This document shows positions 1 through 10,909 of a stretch of 64,000 bases of DNA, piece after piece. Made by a program: the position numbers and the translations under genes. The notes beneath the pieces were generated by a model. The model made no database searches and was not told the origin of the DNA. It was given only the letters and a program-made list of their open reading frames with translations. Each line of letters opens with the position of its first letter. Position 1 is the first letter of the stretch. Origin of the DNA: Nitrosopumilus sp. (lineage in GTDB: Archaea; Thermoproteota; Nitrososphaeria; Nitrososphaerales; Nitrosopumilaceae); NCBI GenBank assembly GCA_965205675.1, contig OZ242186.1, positions 1,947,362-2,011,361 of the forward strand, given 5' to 3'.

Positions 1-2
1 AT

Positions 3-1382
3 CTTATTGCTAAATTACTAGAACAAAAACCAGAATTAACTAAAGAGGTACTTGAGGAACAAATTAAACAAAAGAAAGAGAAAATTGGTGCAGGATATCT
101 AACTGATCAAGGTGCATTATTTTTAATTGCATCTGATTATGGAGTAACATTATCAGGACCTGAAAAAATAGAAATTGGGCTAAAGGATCTATATGCAGGA
201 GCAAAAGAAATTTCATTAGAAACTAGAGTTTTGAATCTTTCACCTGCAAAGCAATTTTCTAGAAAAGATGGTTCCCCTTTCTATCTTAGGACAATGACAG
301 TATATGATACAAATTCTACAGCTAGTGTAAAACTATGGGATGAAAAAGCTAATCTCCCAGGTGTTGAAAATCTAAAACCAGGAGATTTAATTAAAATAAT
401 TAAAGCATATGTTAAATCAGATCTAGACGGTTCACCAACAATTAACATTGGTTCTGGATCAAACATAGAAACTGCAGATACAGAAAGTGAAATTCCAACT
501 ATTGATACTATTACAAAAGATGTTAGTGAATCTCAAGAGGGTCAAAAAGATCTAGTAGTAGCAGGATCTATTGATGGGATAATTAGTGGAATGGAATTCA
601 CAAATTCTCGCGGTATGCCTGGAAAAGCACTTAGAATGAGGCTAAAAGGAAAAGATGGAAGTGGAATTAAAGTAGTATTATGGGGAAAAGATGAATCTAC
701 TATTCCAAATATGATTTCACAGTCAGCCAAAGTAAGATTACTTGGGGTTAGAGTAAAATCAGGAAACCAAGGGTTGGAAATTCATGGTAATGATGCAACG
801 ATAATTGAAATTGAAGGGAGCAAAGAAACAGAGCCAATAATTACCAGAGTACTTTCAATTATACCTACTGAGAACGGTAAAAATATGATACTAGCTGTTG
901 ATAACAAAAAGAATTTGTTTAACATTAGTGATTCTTCAAACTCGACAAGTATTTGTGCAGAAGGAGATGTTATAGAATGCATGCCATCAAAAGTTTATGG
1001 TAATTCAATTACACTAGATGAAAATTCTTTTGTAAGAAAATTAGATGATGATGAATCTATTCCTTCATTATCTCAATTAAGAACAAAAATTAATGATGTA
1101 AAAGTAGACGCAAATTATTGCATTGAAGCAATTGTGTTAAAAGTTCCTGAAAGACGTGAAGTTCAAACAAAATCTGGAGAATCAATAGCACTTTCAGAAA
1201 TGTTTGTAGAAGACGATACAGGACAAATTTGGGTAAAAGGCTGGAGAAATCAAGCAAGAATTATTGATAAATGTGAACTAGGTGAAATTATTTCCATTAC
1301 AGGATTAAATGCAAAAGCAGGACTAGAAAGTAGAATAGAACTCTTTGTCACTTCATTCTCTAAAATTACAAAAAAGAATTAA
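3..1382 (+). CDS. rpa: Replication protein A / ssDNA-binding OB-fold protein (5' end outside window)
   Basis: Frame is open from position 3; repeated OB-fold motifs (VYDTNSTASVKLW, VEDDTGQIWVKGW). Confidence 0.8.
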   Translation, partial: LIAKLLEQKPELTKEVLEEQIKQKKEKIGAGYLTDQGALFLIASDYGVTLSGPEKIEIGLKDLYAGAKEISLETRVLNLSPAKQFSRKDGSPFYLRTMTVYDTNSTASVKLWDEKANLPGVENLKPGDLIKIIKAYVKSDLDGSPTINIGSGSNIETADTESEIPTIDTITKDVSESQEGQKDLVVAGSIDGIISGMEFTNSRGMPGKALRMRLKGKDGSGIKVVLWGKDESTIPNMISQSAKVRLLGVRVKSGNQGLEIHGNDATIIEIEGSKETEPIITRVLSIIPTENGKNMILAVDNKKNLFNISDSSNSTSICAEGDVIECMPSKVYGNSITLDENSFVRKLDDDESIPSLSQLRTKINDVKVDANYCIEAIVLKVPERREVQTKSGESIALSEMFVEDDTGQIWVKGWRNQARIIDKCELGEIISITGLNAKAGLESRIELFVTSFSKITKKN

Positions 1383-4123
1383 GAATCCCAAAAACCTCTT
1401 GTTACAACATACTGTCTTTCTGCTTCATAGATTTGTTTGAACAAATGTTCTTCATCAACCATATTTCTCAATATTCTTGCGGCAGTATCAGCACCTACAC
1501 CATATCCAGAAATTACAGTGATGGCAGTTTTACCAAAGTTTTCAACTAAAGAGGCCACTTTCCAGGCACGATCAAACTTGTGTTTTTCTTCTGCAGTTAA
1601 TTTTTTCCCATCATGTTTTTTTCTAATTATTTTAGGTAAATCATAATCAGAATAATAGGTTGCAGTGATTTGTCTGGCCTTACAATAGGGACAAATCGTT
1701 AAATTTTTTACCTCAAATGTCTGCATGACACGTTCCCATTTTCCACAACGAGCACAAACCAAACGATGTTTAGTTTTTTCTAATCTTGCTTTAACAAGAT
1801 CAATAATACCTTTGTCAAGATTTACTGGAGACGAATAATATTTTGCAGTATGATCTAAAATTGGTTCAGCTAATTTTGAAAACTTATCAATCTCCAACCA
1901 CGTAACACGAATCTTATCTTCTTTGATCTTTTTTAGAATTTTTTCAGAATTTTTTAGATCATATTTATCATGAAATAATTCACGGAGAGCTTCGTGTACA
2001 AGAGGAGTCTTAGAATATCGCTCATATAAGAATCTGGCAGATTTTCTTTCATACACTGCACCACGTCCAACTACACCAAATTTTTTTGCAACACACCAAG
2101 TTCTCCAGTTTACATTGTGGGTTCCAGTTAAAGATGTGCTTACAATAGATTGTAAATCATAATCATCTTTGAGTATTTCAATGAAGAGTTTTTTTGAAAT
2201 TCTTGATCTAGAAGATAATACAATTCTATATCCATCAGAACGAGAATCAACTATAGATCCTAACATAGTAGAAAGCATTGAAGAGAATAATGTTGATAGT
2301 GTTGAATTAATTTTAGTTCCTAAACAGGAATGGATTACTATTGAACCTTGAGAACGATTAGATTCGATTACAATGTTATTTTCATCAGGAATTTGATCAA
2401 AAGTTAATTTTTCGATTATCGTATTGGTTAATCTAAAATTTCCATTCTTAACTTTACTACGAAAATTTCCCACTTTTCGTGCAGTTTTATAATCAATTGG
2501 AATAGTTTCTCCTTCCCAATATGGTACAGTAATACCTCCACCTCTAAAAGGTTCAACATTTACACTAAATGATTTTTCATCTACATTTAGGATTCTCCAT
2601 TGGGAACCTTTTAAAACAAAAATATTTCCTGAATCTCCAAAATCACCTACAAATCTCTGATCTAAAGATCCAATGATTTTCTTGCCAACGCTATCAAAGA
2701 CTTTGAATTTAAGAATATCAGGTATTGTTGAAAGATTTTCAAAATAATATTTGAAAGCACTTCCTTTTTTCCAATAAGTCATTTTTGTTCTATCAAAAAA
2801 TACCAAATAATTCGAATCTAACAAATCTAGCACATTTATCAGATCTTCAAGTTGTAAATTTCTAAATGAATATGCTTTAGTTACTAAATCAAATGCTTGT
2901 TCAATTGAAACCTCACCAAGCTGCATAGATAATCCAACTAAATGATGAGCTAAAACATCAAGGGAACCAGCATGAATTTTTTGTTCTTCAATTGAACCTT
3001 CTTGAATACGATTAAGAATGGCCTGAGCTTCAAATTCATCATCAGGATTGTTTGTAACAATTAATCCTTGAGCTGATGCATCACGATTATGTTTACTTCT
3101 ACCAATTCTTTGAACAAATTTTGATACTTGTCTAGGGGAACCATAATGAATGACTAATTCAACTGATCCAATATCTAAACCTAATTCTAATGAAGACGTA
3201 CAAACTACAATACCACGATTTCCTTGACGCAGAGTTGATTCAGTTTCTTCTCTTATCTGTTTTGAAAGAGAACCATGATGTAGTTCAATAGGAATTGATG
3301 ATTTTTCTTTTAAAATTGATGCTAAAAACTCAGCTTCTCCTCTAGTATTTGTAAAAAGAAGAATTGGAGAATCCAAGTTTAATTCTAATACATATTCAAT
3401 GATTTTTTCGGCTACATCTGAAATTGTTCCATTAACATATTTTATTTCTACATCATACTTTCTTACAGAAGTATCTCGAATTATTTCACATTTTCGTTTA
3501 GTACCGACAATAAATTTTCCTGCTTCATCAAAATTTCCAACCGTAGCAGATAATCCAACTTTTGTGAGAGGATATTTTGAATTTAATTCCAATCTTTCAA
3601 TGCTTAATGATAGTTGAGAACCCCTCTCACTGGATAATAATTCATGAACTTCATCTATTACAATCCACTCTAAGTGAGTTAAACCAGTAAGCATTTTGAT
3701 TTGAGTTAAAAGAATGACCAAAGTTTCAGGAGTTGTGATAAGAATATCAGGTGGATTTTCAGTAATTTTTTTTCTATCTTTCTGACTAGTATCACCATGA
3801 CGAATTTCAATGGTTAGATCATTTTGATGAGCGTATTTGGTAATTCTTCTAAAAACATCTCGATTTAATGCCCTTAATGGTGTAATGTATAGAATTTTGA
3901 TTTTTCCAGTTTTTTTAGAATTTTTTACAAGTGAAAAAATTGGTATAACTGAACATTCAGTTTTACCAGAACCTGTAGGTGCTATTACCAGACAGTCTTT
4001 TTTTTGTAAAATTATTGGTGATGCTTTTTTCTGAATTTCAGTTAGTTTAGAAAATCCAAAGTTTCCAAATAAAGAATTAAGTAGATGACTCGGTGTTATT
4101 TGATCGTGATTTTTCATAGACAA
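1379..4123 (-). CDS. lhr: Lhr-family DEAD/DEAH helicase with C-terminal Zn finger
   Basis: APTGSGKT, DEVH, GLSAT, QRIGRS, CxxC...CxxC. Confidence 0.9.
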   Translation of the reverse strand: MSMKNHDQITPSHLLNSLFGNFGFSKLTEIQKKASPIILQKKDCLVIAPTGSGKTECSVIPIFSLVKNSKKTGKIKILYITPLRALNRDVFRRITKYAHQNDLTIEIRHGDTSQKDRKKITENPPDILITTPETLVILLTQIKMLTGLTHLEWIVIDEVHELLSSERGSQLSLSIERLELNSKYPLTKVGLSATVGNFDEAGKFIVGTKRKCEIIRDTSVRKYDVEIKYVNGTISDVAEKIIEYVLELNLDSPILLFTNTRGEAEFLASILKEKSSIPIELHHGSLSKQIREETESTLRQGNRGIVVCTSSLELGLDIGSVELVIHYGSPRQVSKFVQRIGRSKHNRDASAQGLIVTNNPDDEFEAQAILNRIQEGSIEEQKIHAGSLDVLAHHLVGLSMQLGEVSIEQAFDLVTKAYSFRNLQLEDLINVLDLLDSNYLVFFDRTKMTYWKKGSAFKYYFENLSTIPDILKFKVFDSVGKKIIGSLDQRFVGDFGDSGNIFVLKGSQWRILNVDEKSFSVNVEPFRGGGITVPYWEGETIPIDYKTARKVGNFRSKVKNGNFRLTNTIIEKLTFDQIPDENNIVIESNRSQGSIVIHSCLGTKINSTLSTLFSSMLSTMLGSIVDSRSDGYRIVLSSRSRISKKLFIEILKDDYDLQSIVSTSLTGTHNVNWRTWCVAKKFGVVGRGAVYERKSARFLYERYSKTPLVHEALRELFHDKYDLKNSEKILKKIKEDKIRVTWLEIDKFSKLAEPILDHTAKYYSSPVNLDKGIIDLVKARLEKTKHRLVCARCGKWERVMQTFEVKNLTICPYCKARQITATYYSDYDLPKIIRKKHDGKKLTAEEKHKFDRAWKVASLVENFGKTAITVISGYGVGADTAARILRNMVDEEHLFKQIYEAERQYVVTRGFWDS

Positions 4124-4193
4124 TTACACCAACTAAACCAAGTGTAAATAAAACTACAGTGATAATTGGTATTGAATCAAAAATTCCTGCCAT
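4077..4193 (-). CDS. 38-aa single-TM microprotein (MAGIFDSIPIITVVLFTLGLVGVIVYEKSRSNNTESST)
   Basis: Hand-read ORF filling the gap between radB-like and lhr; hydrophobic core. Confidence 0.45.
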   Translation of the reverse strand: MAGIFDSIPIITVVLFTLGLVGVIVYEKSRSNNTESST

Positions 4194-4215
4194 TATTTAA
4201 CCTAAGAAGAGGCCA

Positions 4216-4875
4216 TTAAAAATCTTCACTATTATCGGAAAGTCCAATTTTATTAATTCTGTAAGAGAAATTTTCTTTTTTTAATGCCCAATAAATTTGA
4301 CCAGTAAATTTTGATGAATTTTTAAAAAGATGTATTTTGATATGGGTAAAAGGATCAATTGCATTTTGCATATTTTCTACTTCCATATCATTTACAATTC
4401 TAATCATGTTAGTAATTATAATTGGAATTTTTTTTATAATTGCAAACTTTGATAGCTCATGCATGTATTTCATAAATAATAGATTTTTTTCAAATGTATA
4501 TTCATTTTTTTGATATTCATATGAAAATAAATCAGTGATGTTATCAATCACGATTAAAGAAAAATTATTATTTTCAATATTATGAATTGATTTGATTTGT
4601 TCTGAAGTATTTGTGATTCTAGATACAGTTATTTTTTCCAACAGGTTAGTCTCTATTTTTAATGCTTTTTGAATTTCAATAATTCGTTCAGGCCTAAATC
4701 CACCAGTCGTATCCAAATACAAAACATTGCCACCATTTTTAATTGAATTTATACACAATTGTAGTAAGAATAGGGTTTTACCAGTTCCATTTCCACCGAA
4801 TATGTCAACGATTACATTATCAGGAATTCCTCCAGACAAGAATCTGTCTAATTTTTGTAAGCCAGTAGAGATCAT
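4216..4875 (-). CDS. RadB/RecA-like ATPase
   Basis: ISTG..LD..L.GG, Walker A GGNGTGKT, YLDT, LIVIDNI. Confidence 0.8.
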   Translation of the reverse strand: MISTGLQKLDRFLSGGIPDNVIVDIFGGNGTGKTLFLLQLCINSIKNGGNVLYLDTTGGFRPERIIEIQKALKIETNLLEKITVSRITNTSEQIKSIHNIENNNFSLIVIDNITDLFSYEYQKNEYTFEKNLLFMKYMHELSKFAIIKKIPIIITNMIRIVNDMEVENMQNAIDPFTHIKIHLFKNSSKFTGQIYWALKKENFSYRINKIGLSDNSEDF

Positions 4876-4983
4876 TTGGATAAGTATTAGAAAAAGAAGA
4901 AAAAATTTAAGGAATTTCTATTTTCATAAAAGAGGTAAGGCTTTTATGCTAGAGAACAAAGTTGCAAAACAAGTGAACAATTA

Positions 4984-5229
4984 GTGTCCCAACCAAATAG
5001 CGCAAAAAGACCTCTAACGACCCTTCAAAAAAGCACCAAGAAGAAAGTTACTGTAAGACTAAAAAACGAAGTAGAGTATAAAGGGAAAATGGATAATGTT
5101 GATTCGTATATGAATTTGATAATGACTGATGCTGAAGAGCTTCATGATGGTAAGACAATTGCAAATTATGGTAGAGTAATCGTAAGAGGCAATAATGTAT
5201 TATTTATCAAACTAGAAAACGAACTCTAG
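4984..5229 (+). CDS. Sm/Lsm RNA-binding protein
   Basis: Sm1 DSYMNL and Sm2 VRGNNV motifs. Confidence 0.9.
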   Translation: MSQPNSAKRPLTTLQKSTKKKVTVRLKNEVEYKGKMDNVDSYMNLIMTDAEELHDGKTIANYGRVIVRGNNVLFIKLENEL

Positions 5230-5232
5230 TTA

Positions 5233-6414
5233 ATGAGATATAGTTTTATGACTAATAATTTTCTATTTACCTCCGAATCGGTAACTGAAGGACATCCAGA
5301 CAAAATATGTGATAATATTTCTGATGCATTTTTAGATGAATATCTTAGGCAAGATCCCAATTCTAGAGTTGCAGTTGAAACAATGGTTACAACTGATTAT
5401 GTAGTTGTGTCAGGAGAAGTTACATCAAAAGCAGAATTTGATCAAAAAGCTCAAGAGGAATTAGTTAGAAAAACAATAAAAGAAATCGGTTATGATAACA
5501 AAGATTTAATGTTTGATGGAGATAGCTGCAAAGTTGATTTAAAACTTCATTCACAGAGTCCAGATATTAGTCAGGGTGTAACAGCTACTGAGGAAAAAGA
5601 ACAAGGTGCAGGTGATCAAGGTTTAATGTTTGGTTATGCATCAAATGAAACAACAGAATTAATGCCTATGCCAATTTTACTTGCACATAAACTGATTCAA
5701 AAATTATCACAAGTGCGAAGAGATCAATCTTTATCATGGGTTAGACCAGATGGGAAATCACAAGTGTCTGTAAGATATGAAGATAACAAGCCTACAAAAA
5801 TTGAAACAGTAGTCATATCAACACAGCATGCTCCAGATATATCTCAAGAAGAAATTTCAAGAGAAATTATTGATAAAGTTATCAAACCTATTTTAGGGAA
5901 TCTTTGGAATGATGATATTAAAACTCACATAAACCCCACAGGAAAATTTGTAATTGGAGGTCCACATGGCGATGCAGGATTGACTGGGAGAAAGATTATT
6001 GTTGATAGTTATGGAGGATTTGGAAGACATGGTGGTGGAGCTTTTTCAGGAAAGGATCCATCCAAAGTAGACAGATCTGCATGTTACATGTGTAGATATA
6101 TTGCAAAGAATTTAGTTGCATCAGGATTAGCAGATAGATGCGAAGTCCAACTTGCATATGCAATTGGTGTAGCAGAACCAGTTTCGCTTTATGTAAATAC
6201 ATTTGGAACAAACAAAATTCCAGAAAACCAAATTGAGGATTTAGTCAGCAAAAATTTTGATATGAAACCATCAGGAATCATATCTGAGTTAGATTTGAAG
6301 AGACCAATTTACAAAAAAACAGCAGCTTATGGTCATTTTGGAAGAAATGAACCCGAGTTTACTTGGGAAAAAACAGACAAAGCCGAGACTTTAAAACAAG
6401 CTGCCGGATTGTAA
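5233..6414 (+). CDS. metK: S-adenosylmethionine synthetase, bacterial type (true start may be 5248)
   Basis: [28 protein letters not shown]. Confidence 0.95.
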   Translation: MRYSFMTNNFLFTSESVTEGHPDKICDNISDAFLDEYLRQDPNSRVAVETMVTTDYVVVSGEVTSKAEFDQKAQEELVRKTIKEIGYDNKDLMFDGDSCKVDLKLHSQSPDISQGVTATEEKEQGAGDQGLMFGYASNETTELMPMPILLAHKLIQKLSQVRRDQSLSWVRPDGKSQVSVRYEDNKPTKIETVVISTQHAPDISQEEISREIIDKVIKPILGNLWNDDIKTHINPTGKFVIGGPHGDAGLTGRKIIVDSYGGFGRHGGGAFSGKDPSKVDRSACYMCRYIAKNLVASGLADRCEVQLAYAIGVAEPVSLYVNTFGTNKIPENQIEDLVSKNFDMKPSGIISELDLKRPIYKKTAAYGHFGRNEPEFTWEKTDKAETLKQAAGL

Positions 6415-7260
6415 TAATTTTAGTATAGATTGAAATTTAATTTTGGATATCTTAGATAGTTGTTTATGATTTCCTTGAAAATTACCTATTAGTATATTGA
6501 GATCATCAATTCCAAAATTAGATTTTGAATTCACTATTGCATTATGATATGCTTCTTCAAGATTGATTTTTTTAATTTTAGTTTTAGTACCTTTTGAAAA
6601 AAGTTTTACATATTTTTCAAATGTAATACAGTCAGGACCTACAAGATCAATAATCTTGTTTTCAAATTTTTGTTGATATATAGATTCAAAGATGATTTTG
6701 GTGACATCAGATACATGTATTGGTTGAATTGAATATCTTCCAGAACCAGGAATTGTAATTTCTCCAAATTTGATTTGTTTTTTAAGGTTTTTTGATAATA
6801 AGTCATCCTTACCAATAATATATGATGGTCTAAAAATTATAAAATTTAAACGAGAATCAATAATTTGTTTTTCTGCATTATACTTTGAAATAAAATAACT
6901 TAAGGATGTATTTGGAGATACACCTAAACCACTTAAAAAAATAATTTTTTTTATTCTAGCTTTTCTACTTAAATTTAGAATATGTTTTGTTAAATTAGTA
7001 TGTATCATATCAAAATTAGTATTTACAGATTGTTTTCCTATTCCAACAAGATGAATTAAGACATCTGAGTTTTGTATTTTTTTAATTATACTTTTTTCTT
7101 CATAATTTTTTGATATAATTTTAGTCTCACATTTAAAATTCTTAAAATCTTTTCGGGATATTGAGATTAACTCAATGTTTTTTTCTGATAAATATTTTCG
7201 AAGATTTTTTCCAATAAATCCACTAGCTCCAGTAACAACAATTTTTAGAGATTTAACCAT
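6391..7260 (-). CDS. NAD(P)-dependent epimerase/dehydratase (NDUFA9-like)
   Basis: TGASGFIG, YxxSK, FRPSYI. Confidence 0.8.
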   Translation of the reverse strand: MVKSLKIVVTGASGFIGKNLRKYLSEKNIELISISRKDFKNFKCETKIISKNYEEKSIIKKIQNSDVLIHLVGIGKQSVNTNFDMIHTNLTKHILNLSRKARIKKIIFLSGLGVSPNTSLSYFISKYNAEKQIIDSRLNFIIFRPSYIIGKDDLLSKNLKKQIKFGEITIPGSGRYSIQPIHVSDVTKIIFESIYQQKFENKIIDLVGPDCITFEKYVKLFSKGTKTKIKKINLEEAYHNAIVNSKSNFGIDDLNILIGNFQGNHKQLSKISKIKFQSILKLLQSGSLF

Positions 7261-7356
7261 AATAAAATAGAGTTTGTTTTAATTTTAAATCTATTTGAAT
7301 AATTTTCAAAAATTATGAAATAAGAGTTAATACTATAAAATGAATACAAGTATATC

Positions 7357-8445
7357 GTGGAAGAAGGGAAGAAAAAACTAAAAACAGGTTATACTACAGG
7401 AAGTTCTGCTACAGCTGCATCAAAAGCTGCATTATTATCAATAATCAATCAAAAAAAAATTGAAAATGTAGATATTTTATTACCAAAAAGATCCTATGCC
7501 CAAATTCCAATCCATTTATGTGAATTTCAATCTGATAAAGCAAAATGTTCGGTAATTAAAAATGGTGGAGATGATCCTGATGTTACTCATGGAGCAGAGA
7601 TTATTGTAGAGTTATCATTTATTAAAAAAATTAACGAAATTGAAATTGAGGGTGGAGAAGGAGTAGGCATAGTGACTAAACCAGGATTAGGTTTGGAAAT
7701 TAACAAACCTGCAATCAACCCAATTCCTAAGAAAATGATTGTTGAAAATCTAAGAGAGGTTGGAGGAAAAATTCTTTTAGAGAAAGGAATCAAAGTGATT
7801 ATTTCAGTACCTAAAGGAAAAGAGTTAGGGCCAAAAACAGATAATCCAAGATTAGGAATTATTAATGGAATTTCAATTTTAGGAACAAGTGGAATTGTTA
7901 TTCCATTTTCTACAGCCGCTTATGCAGCATCAATTAGACAAAATTTGGATGTTGTGATTGCATCTGATAATAATATAGTAGTACTTACAACTGGTGGAAG
8001 AAGTGAAGATTTTGCAAAAAAAATCGTAGATTTACCTGAACATTGTTTTGTACAGATAGGTGATTTTTCAGGATATGCAATTCAACAATGTGGAAAAAAA
8101 GAGATCAAAAAAGCATATGTTGTAGGCTTTATTGGAAAGCTAGCAAAAATGGCAGCAGGAGTTAAACAAACTCACGTAAAAGGATCTAAAGTAGATATGG
8201 GTTTTTTAGCAGAATTAGCTCAAAAATGTAATGCTAATGAAAGTGTAATTCAAGATATTAAAAAAGCAAATACAGCTAGACATGTTTCAGAGATTATTCA
8301 AAACAATAAGATCGCAGGATTTTTTGATTTGATTAGTAGTGAAACACACAAACACATGAGAAAACATTCTGAAGAAAAAGTTCCAATTGATGTAATATTG
8401 TTTGATTTTGAAGGAAATATTTTGGCTAGAAAGTCTGAACAGTAA
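7357..8445 (+). CDS. cbiD: Cobalt-precorrin-5B C1-methyltransferase
   Basis: GYTTGS, GGDDPDVTHG, GISILGTSGIV. Confidence 0.93.
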   Translation: MEEGKKKLKTGYTTGSSATAASKAALLSIINQKKIENVDILLPKRSYAQIPIHLCEFQSDKAKCSVIKNGGDDPDVTHGAEIIVELSFIKKINEIEIEGGEGVGIVTKPGLGLEINKPAINPIPKKMIVENLREVGGKILLEKGIKVIISVPKGKELGPKTDNPRLGIINGISILGTSGIVIPFSTAAYAASIRQNLDVVIASDNNIVVLTTGGRSEDFAKKIVDLPEHCFVQIGDFSGYAIQQCGKKEIKKAYVVGFIGKLAKMAAGVKQTHVKGSKVDMGFLAELAQKCNANESVIQDIKKANTARHVSEIIQNNKIAGFFDLISSETHKHMRKHSEEKVPIDVILFDFEGNILARKSEQ

Positions 8446-8470
8446 GGTATTTTATTAATGTTGGAAGATT

Positions 8471-9529
8471 TTGATTGTGGATAAAACTTCAGTTCTCGTA
8501 ATTACTAAAAATGGAATAAAGATTGGAGGGAATTTAAAAAAAATATTTCCAGATTGGAATGTGTTTGCTCCTTCAAAATTAACTACTGGAGTAACAGGCA
8601 TTACATGGTATTCTGAGCCTACAACAGAGAAAATTGTTGAGCTTTTTAAAAATAATAATGCATTAATCTGTGTTTTTTCATTAGGTGCAGTAATCAGATT
8701 AATTTCTCCATATTTGAAAGATAAAAAAACAGATCCTGCAGTTATTGTAATTGATGATAAAACAAATTTTGTAATTAGTGTTTTGTCAGGACATATAGGA
8801 GGAGCCAATGAACTTACTGAAAAAATTGCAAAAAAACTGGAAGCATTGCCTGTAATTACTACAGCAGCTGATGTAAATAAAACAATTTCAGTTGACCTAG
8901 TAGGAAAAGAGTTTAGTTGGAAAATAGATGACGATTCTACTGTAACAAAAATTAGTGCACATATGGTAAATGAAGAACCAATAGGTATCTTTCAAGAAGC
9001 AGGGGAGAAAAATTGGTATAAAAAATTACCAAAAAATGTTGTAAGTTATGAAAGTATGAAAGAATTAAAAAAATCAAATTCTAAAGCTCATCTTATAATT
9101 TCTGATAAGATAATTGATGATAAAATATCTAAAGAATCTGTAATATACCGTCCTCCAAGTTTAGTAATTGGAATTGGATTACATTGGGATACTACAAAAG
9201 AAACCATTAGAGAAGGAATTGATTTTTGTTTAGAAAAATTTAAACTAAGTTCAAAATCAATTGCAAAATTAGTATCAATAAAAAAACCAGAAGATATACA
9301 AGGATTAATAGATCTTGGAAAAGAAATGAGAATTCCTGTAGAGTATGTAAATAGGGAAGATTTGGCCGAAATTTCTGCTCCAAATCCTTCTGAAACCGTA
9401 AAAGCCTTTGAAGGAACTGCAAGTGTTTCAGAAGCTGCTGCAATCAAAATATCCAAAGGTGAATTGATAGTAGAAAAACAGAAATTCCCACCAAATTTGA
9501 CCATAGCTATAGCGAGGATTATGAATTGA
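8471..9529 (+). CDS. cbiG: Cobalt-precorrin-5A hydrolase
   Basis: DKKTDPAVIV, SGHIGGAN, VITTA, VSEAAA. Confidence 0.92.
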   Translation: MIVDKTSVLVITKNGIKIGGNLKKIFPDWNVFAPSKLTTGVTGITWYSEPTTEKIVELFKNNNALICVFSLGAVIRLISPYLKDKKTDPAVIVIDDKTNFVISVLSGHIGGANELTEKIAKKLEALPVITTAADVNKTISVDLVGKEFSWKIDDDSTVTKISAHMVNEEPIGIFQEAGEKNWYKKLPKNVVSYESMKELKKSNSKAHLIISDKIIDDKISKESVIYRPPSLVIGIGLHWDTTKETIREGIDFCLEKFKLSSKSIAKLVSIKKPEDIQGLIDLGKEMRIPVEYVNREDLAEISAPNPSETVKAFEGTASVSEAAAIKISKGELIVEKQKFPPNLTIAIARIMN

Positions 9530-10278
9530 GGCGAGGACTACTACTAATTGATAGGGGAAGTAGAGAAAGAGAAGCATCTGAAGAATTAGATGTGATTTGT
9601 CAAGGGATTCAGGCAAAAGGAGATTATGTTTTCACAGATTTTTGTTTTTTAGAGGTAGAACCACCGTATATTGAAGATGGAATTCCCAAGTGTTTAAATC
9701 AAGACATTGATTTTTTGACTATAGTTCCCTACTTTTTGTATCCTGGTAAAAAAGTAAAAAATGCAGTTACAGAAGTAATGAAATTTCAAAAAAATACCAA
9801 AGTGAAATTTGTAGTTACAAAACAAATGAGTATGCATAAAACTTTGGTAGATGTAGTTGGAAATAGAATATCTACAACACTAAAAGAAAATCAAATAACA
9901 CTTTCAAATAATGAAGTAGATGTAATGATTATTGGACATGGAAGTAAGGATCCTAATGCACAAAGATCTTTAGATTATATTGTAAATGAATTAACTGATT
10001 CATATAGGAATGTTAGCAGATGTTGGCTAGAAATAGAACAACCTGATATTTTTGAAGGAATTAAAAAATGTGAAAAAAATAATCCTAAAGTATTGATAAT
10101 TGTATTCTATTTTCTACATGAAGGTGCACATGTTAAAACTGATATTAATAATGATTTGATACCAGCGTTGGAAAAATCTACTATTGATAAAGCATACATT
10201 ACAAAACATATAGGAACCGATCAGAAAATGATTGATTTGATATTAGAAAGAGCAAAAGAGGTAGAAGATGCAAACTAA
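9526..10278 (+). CDS. cbiX: Sirohydrochlorin cobaltochelatase, two-domain CbiX
   Basis: GHGS, FLE..P, VPYFL..G, GAHVKTDI. Confidence 0.85.
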   Translation: MRRGLLLIDRGSREREASEELDVICQGIQAKGDYVFTDFCFLEVEPPYIEDGIPKCLNQDIDFLTIVPYFLYPGKKVKNAVTEVMKFQKNTKVKFVVTKQMSMHKTLVDVVGNRISTTLKENQITLSNNEVDVMIIGHGSKDPNAQRSLDYIVNELTDSYRNVSRCWLEIEQPDIFEGIKKCEKNNPKVLIIVFYFLHEGAHVKTDINNDLIPALEKSTIDKAYITKHIGTDQKMIDLILERAKEVEDAN

Positions 10279-10909
10279 GAAAGGTCAATCAATTGAAGAT
10301 GCAAGTATGCAAATGATTGAAGATGAAATAGGTTTACATGAATTTGATGAAAAAGAATGGCCAATTGTTAAAAGAATCATTCATTCAACGGCAGATTTTG
10401 ATTTTGCAAATAAAAATAAATTAATTTTTCACAAAGATGCAATTGAAAATGGAATGAGGGCTTTGAAAAATGGTTGCAGTATAGTAACAGATGTTAATGG
10501 AGTGATTGGAGGAATGAATAAACAAAATCCAAAGGATTTTGGAAATGACATAATTTGTAATATTTCAAAACCAGAAATCATGGAATTGGCAAAAAAAGAA
10601 GGTAAAACACGCTCCCAAGTGTCTATGAGAGAAACAATCTCAGACATTGATGGAGGAGTTGTGGCGATAGGAAATGCACCTACTGCTCTTCAAGAAGTAA
10701 TTCAAATGGTCAAAGAAGGCATAGTTAAACCCGCTTTAATTATAGGTATTCCAGTAGGATTCATCTGTGCTGCTGAATCAAAAGAAGAACTAACAAAGTT
10801 AGAAGATGTTCCTTTTATCACAAATTTGGGTAGAAAAGGAGGTAGTGCTGCAGTTTCTGCTACAATTAATGCAATTTTTAAATTAGTTAGAGCAGAATCA
10901 TCTTTTTGA
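10268..10909 (+). CDS. cbiC: Precorrin-8X methylmutase
   Basis: RIIHSTADF, IGNAPTAL, PVGF..AAESK, GRKGGS. Confidence 0.93.
   Translation: MQTKKGQSIEDASMQMIEDEIGLHEFDEKEWPIVKRIIHSTADFDFANKNKLIFHKDAIENGMRALKNGCSIVTDVNGVIGGMNKQNPKDFGNDIICNISKPEIMELAKKEGKTRSQVSMRETISDIDGGVVAIGNAPTALQEVIQMVKEGIVKPALIIGIPVGFICAAESKEELTKLEDVPFITNLGRKGGSAAVSATINAIFKLVRAESSF

Noticed and set aside
5233-6414. Bacterial-type MetK in an archaeon
   Set aside because: To my knowledge usual for Nitrososphaerota; core context with no mobility signs
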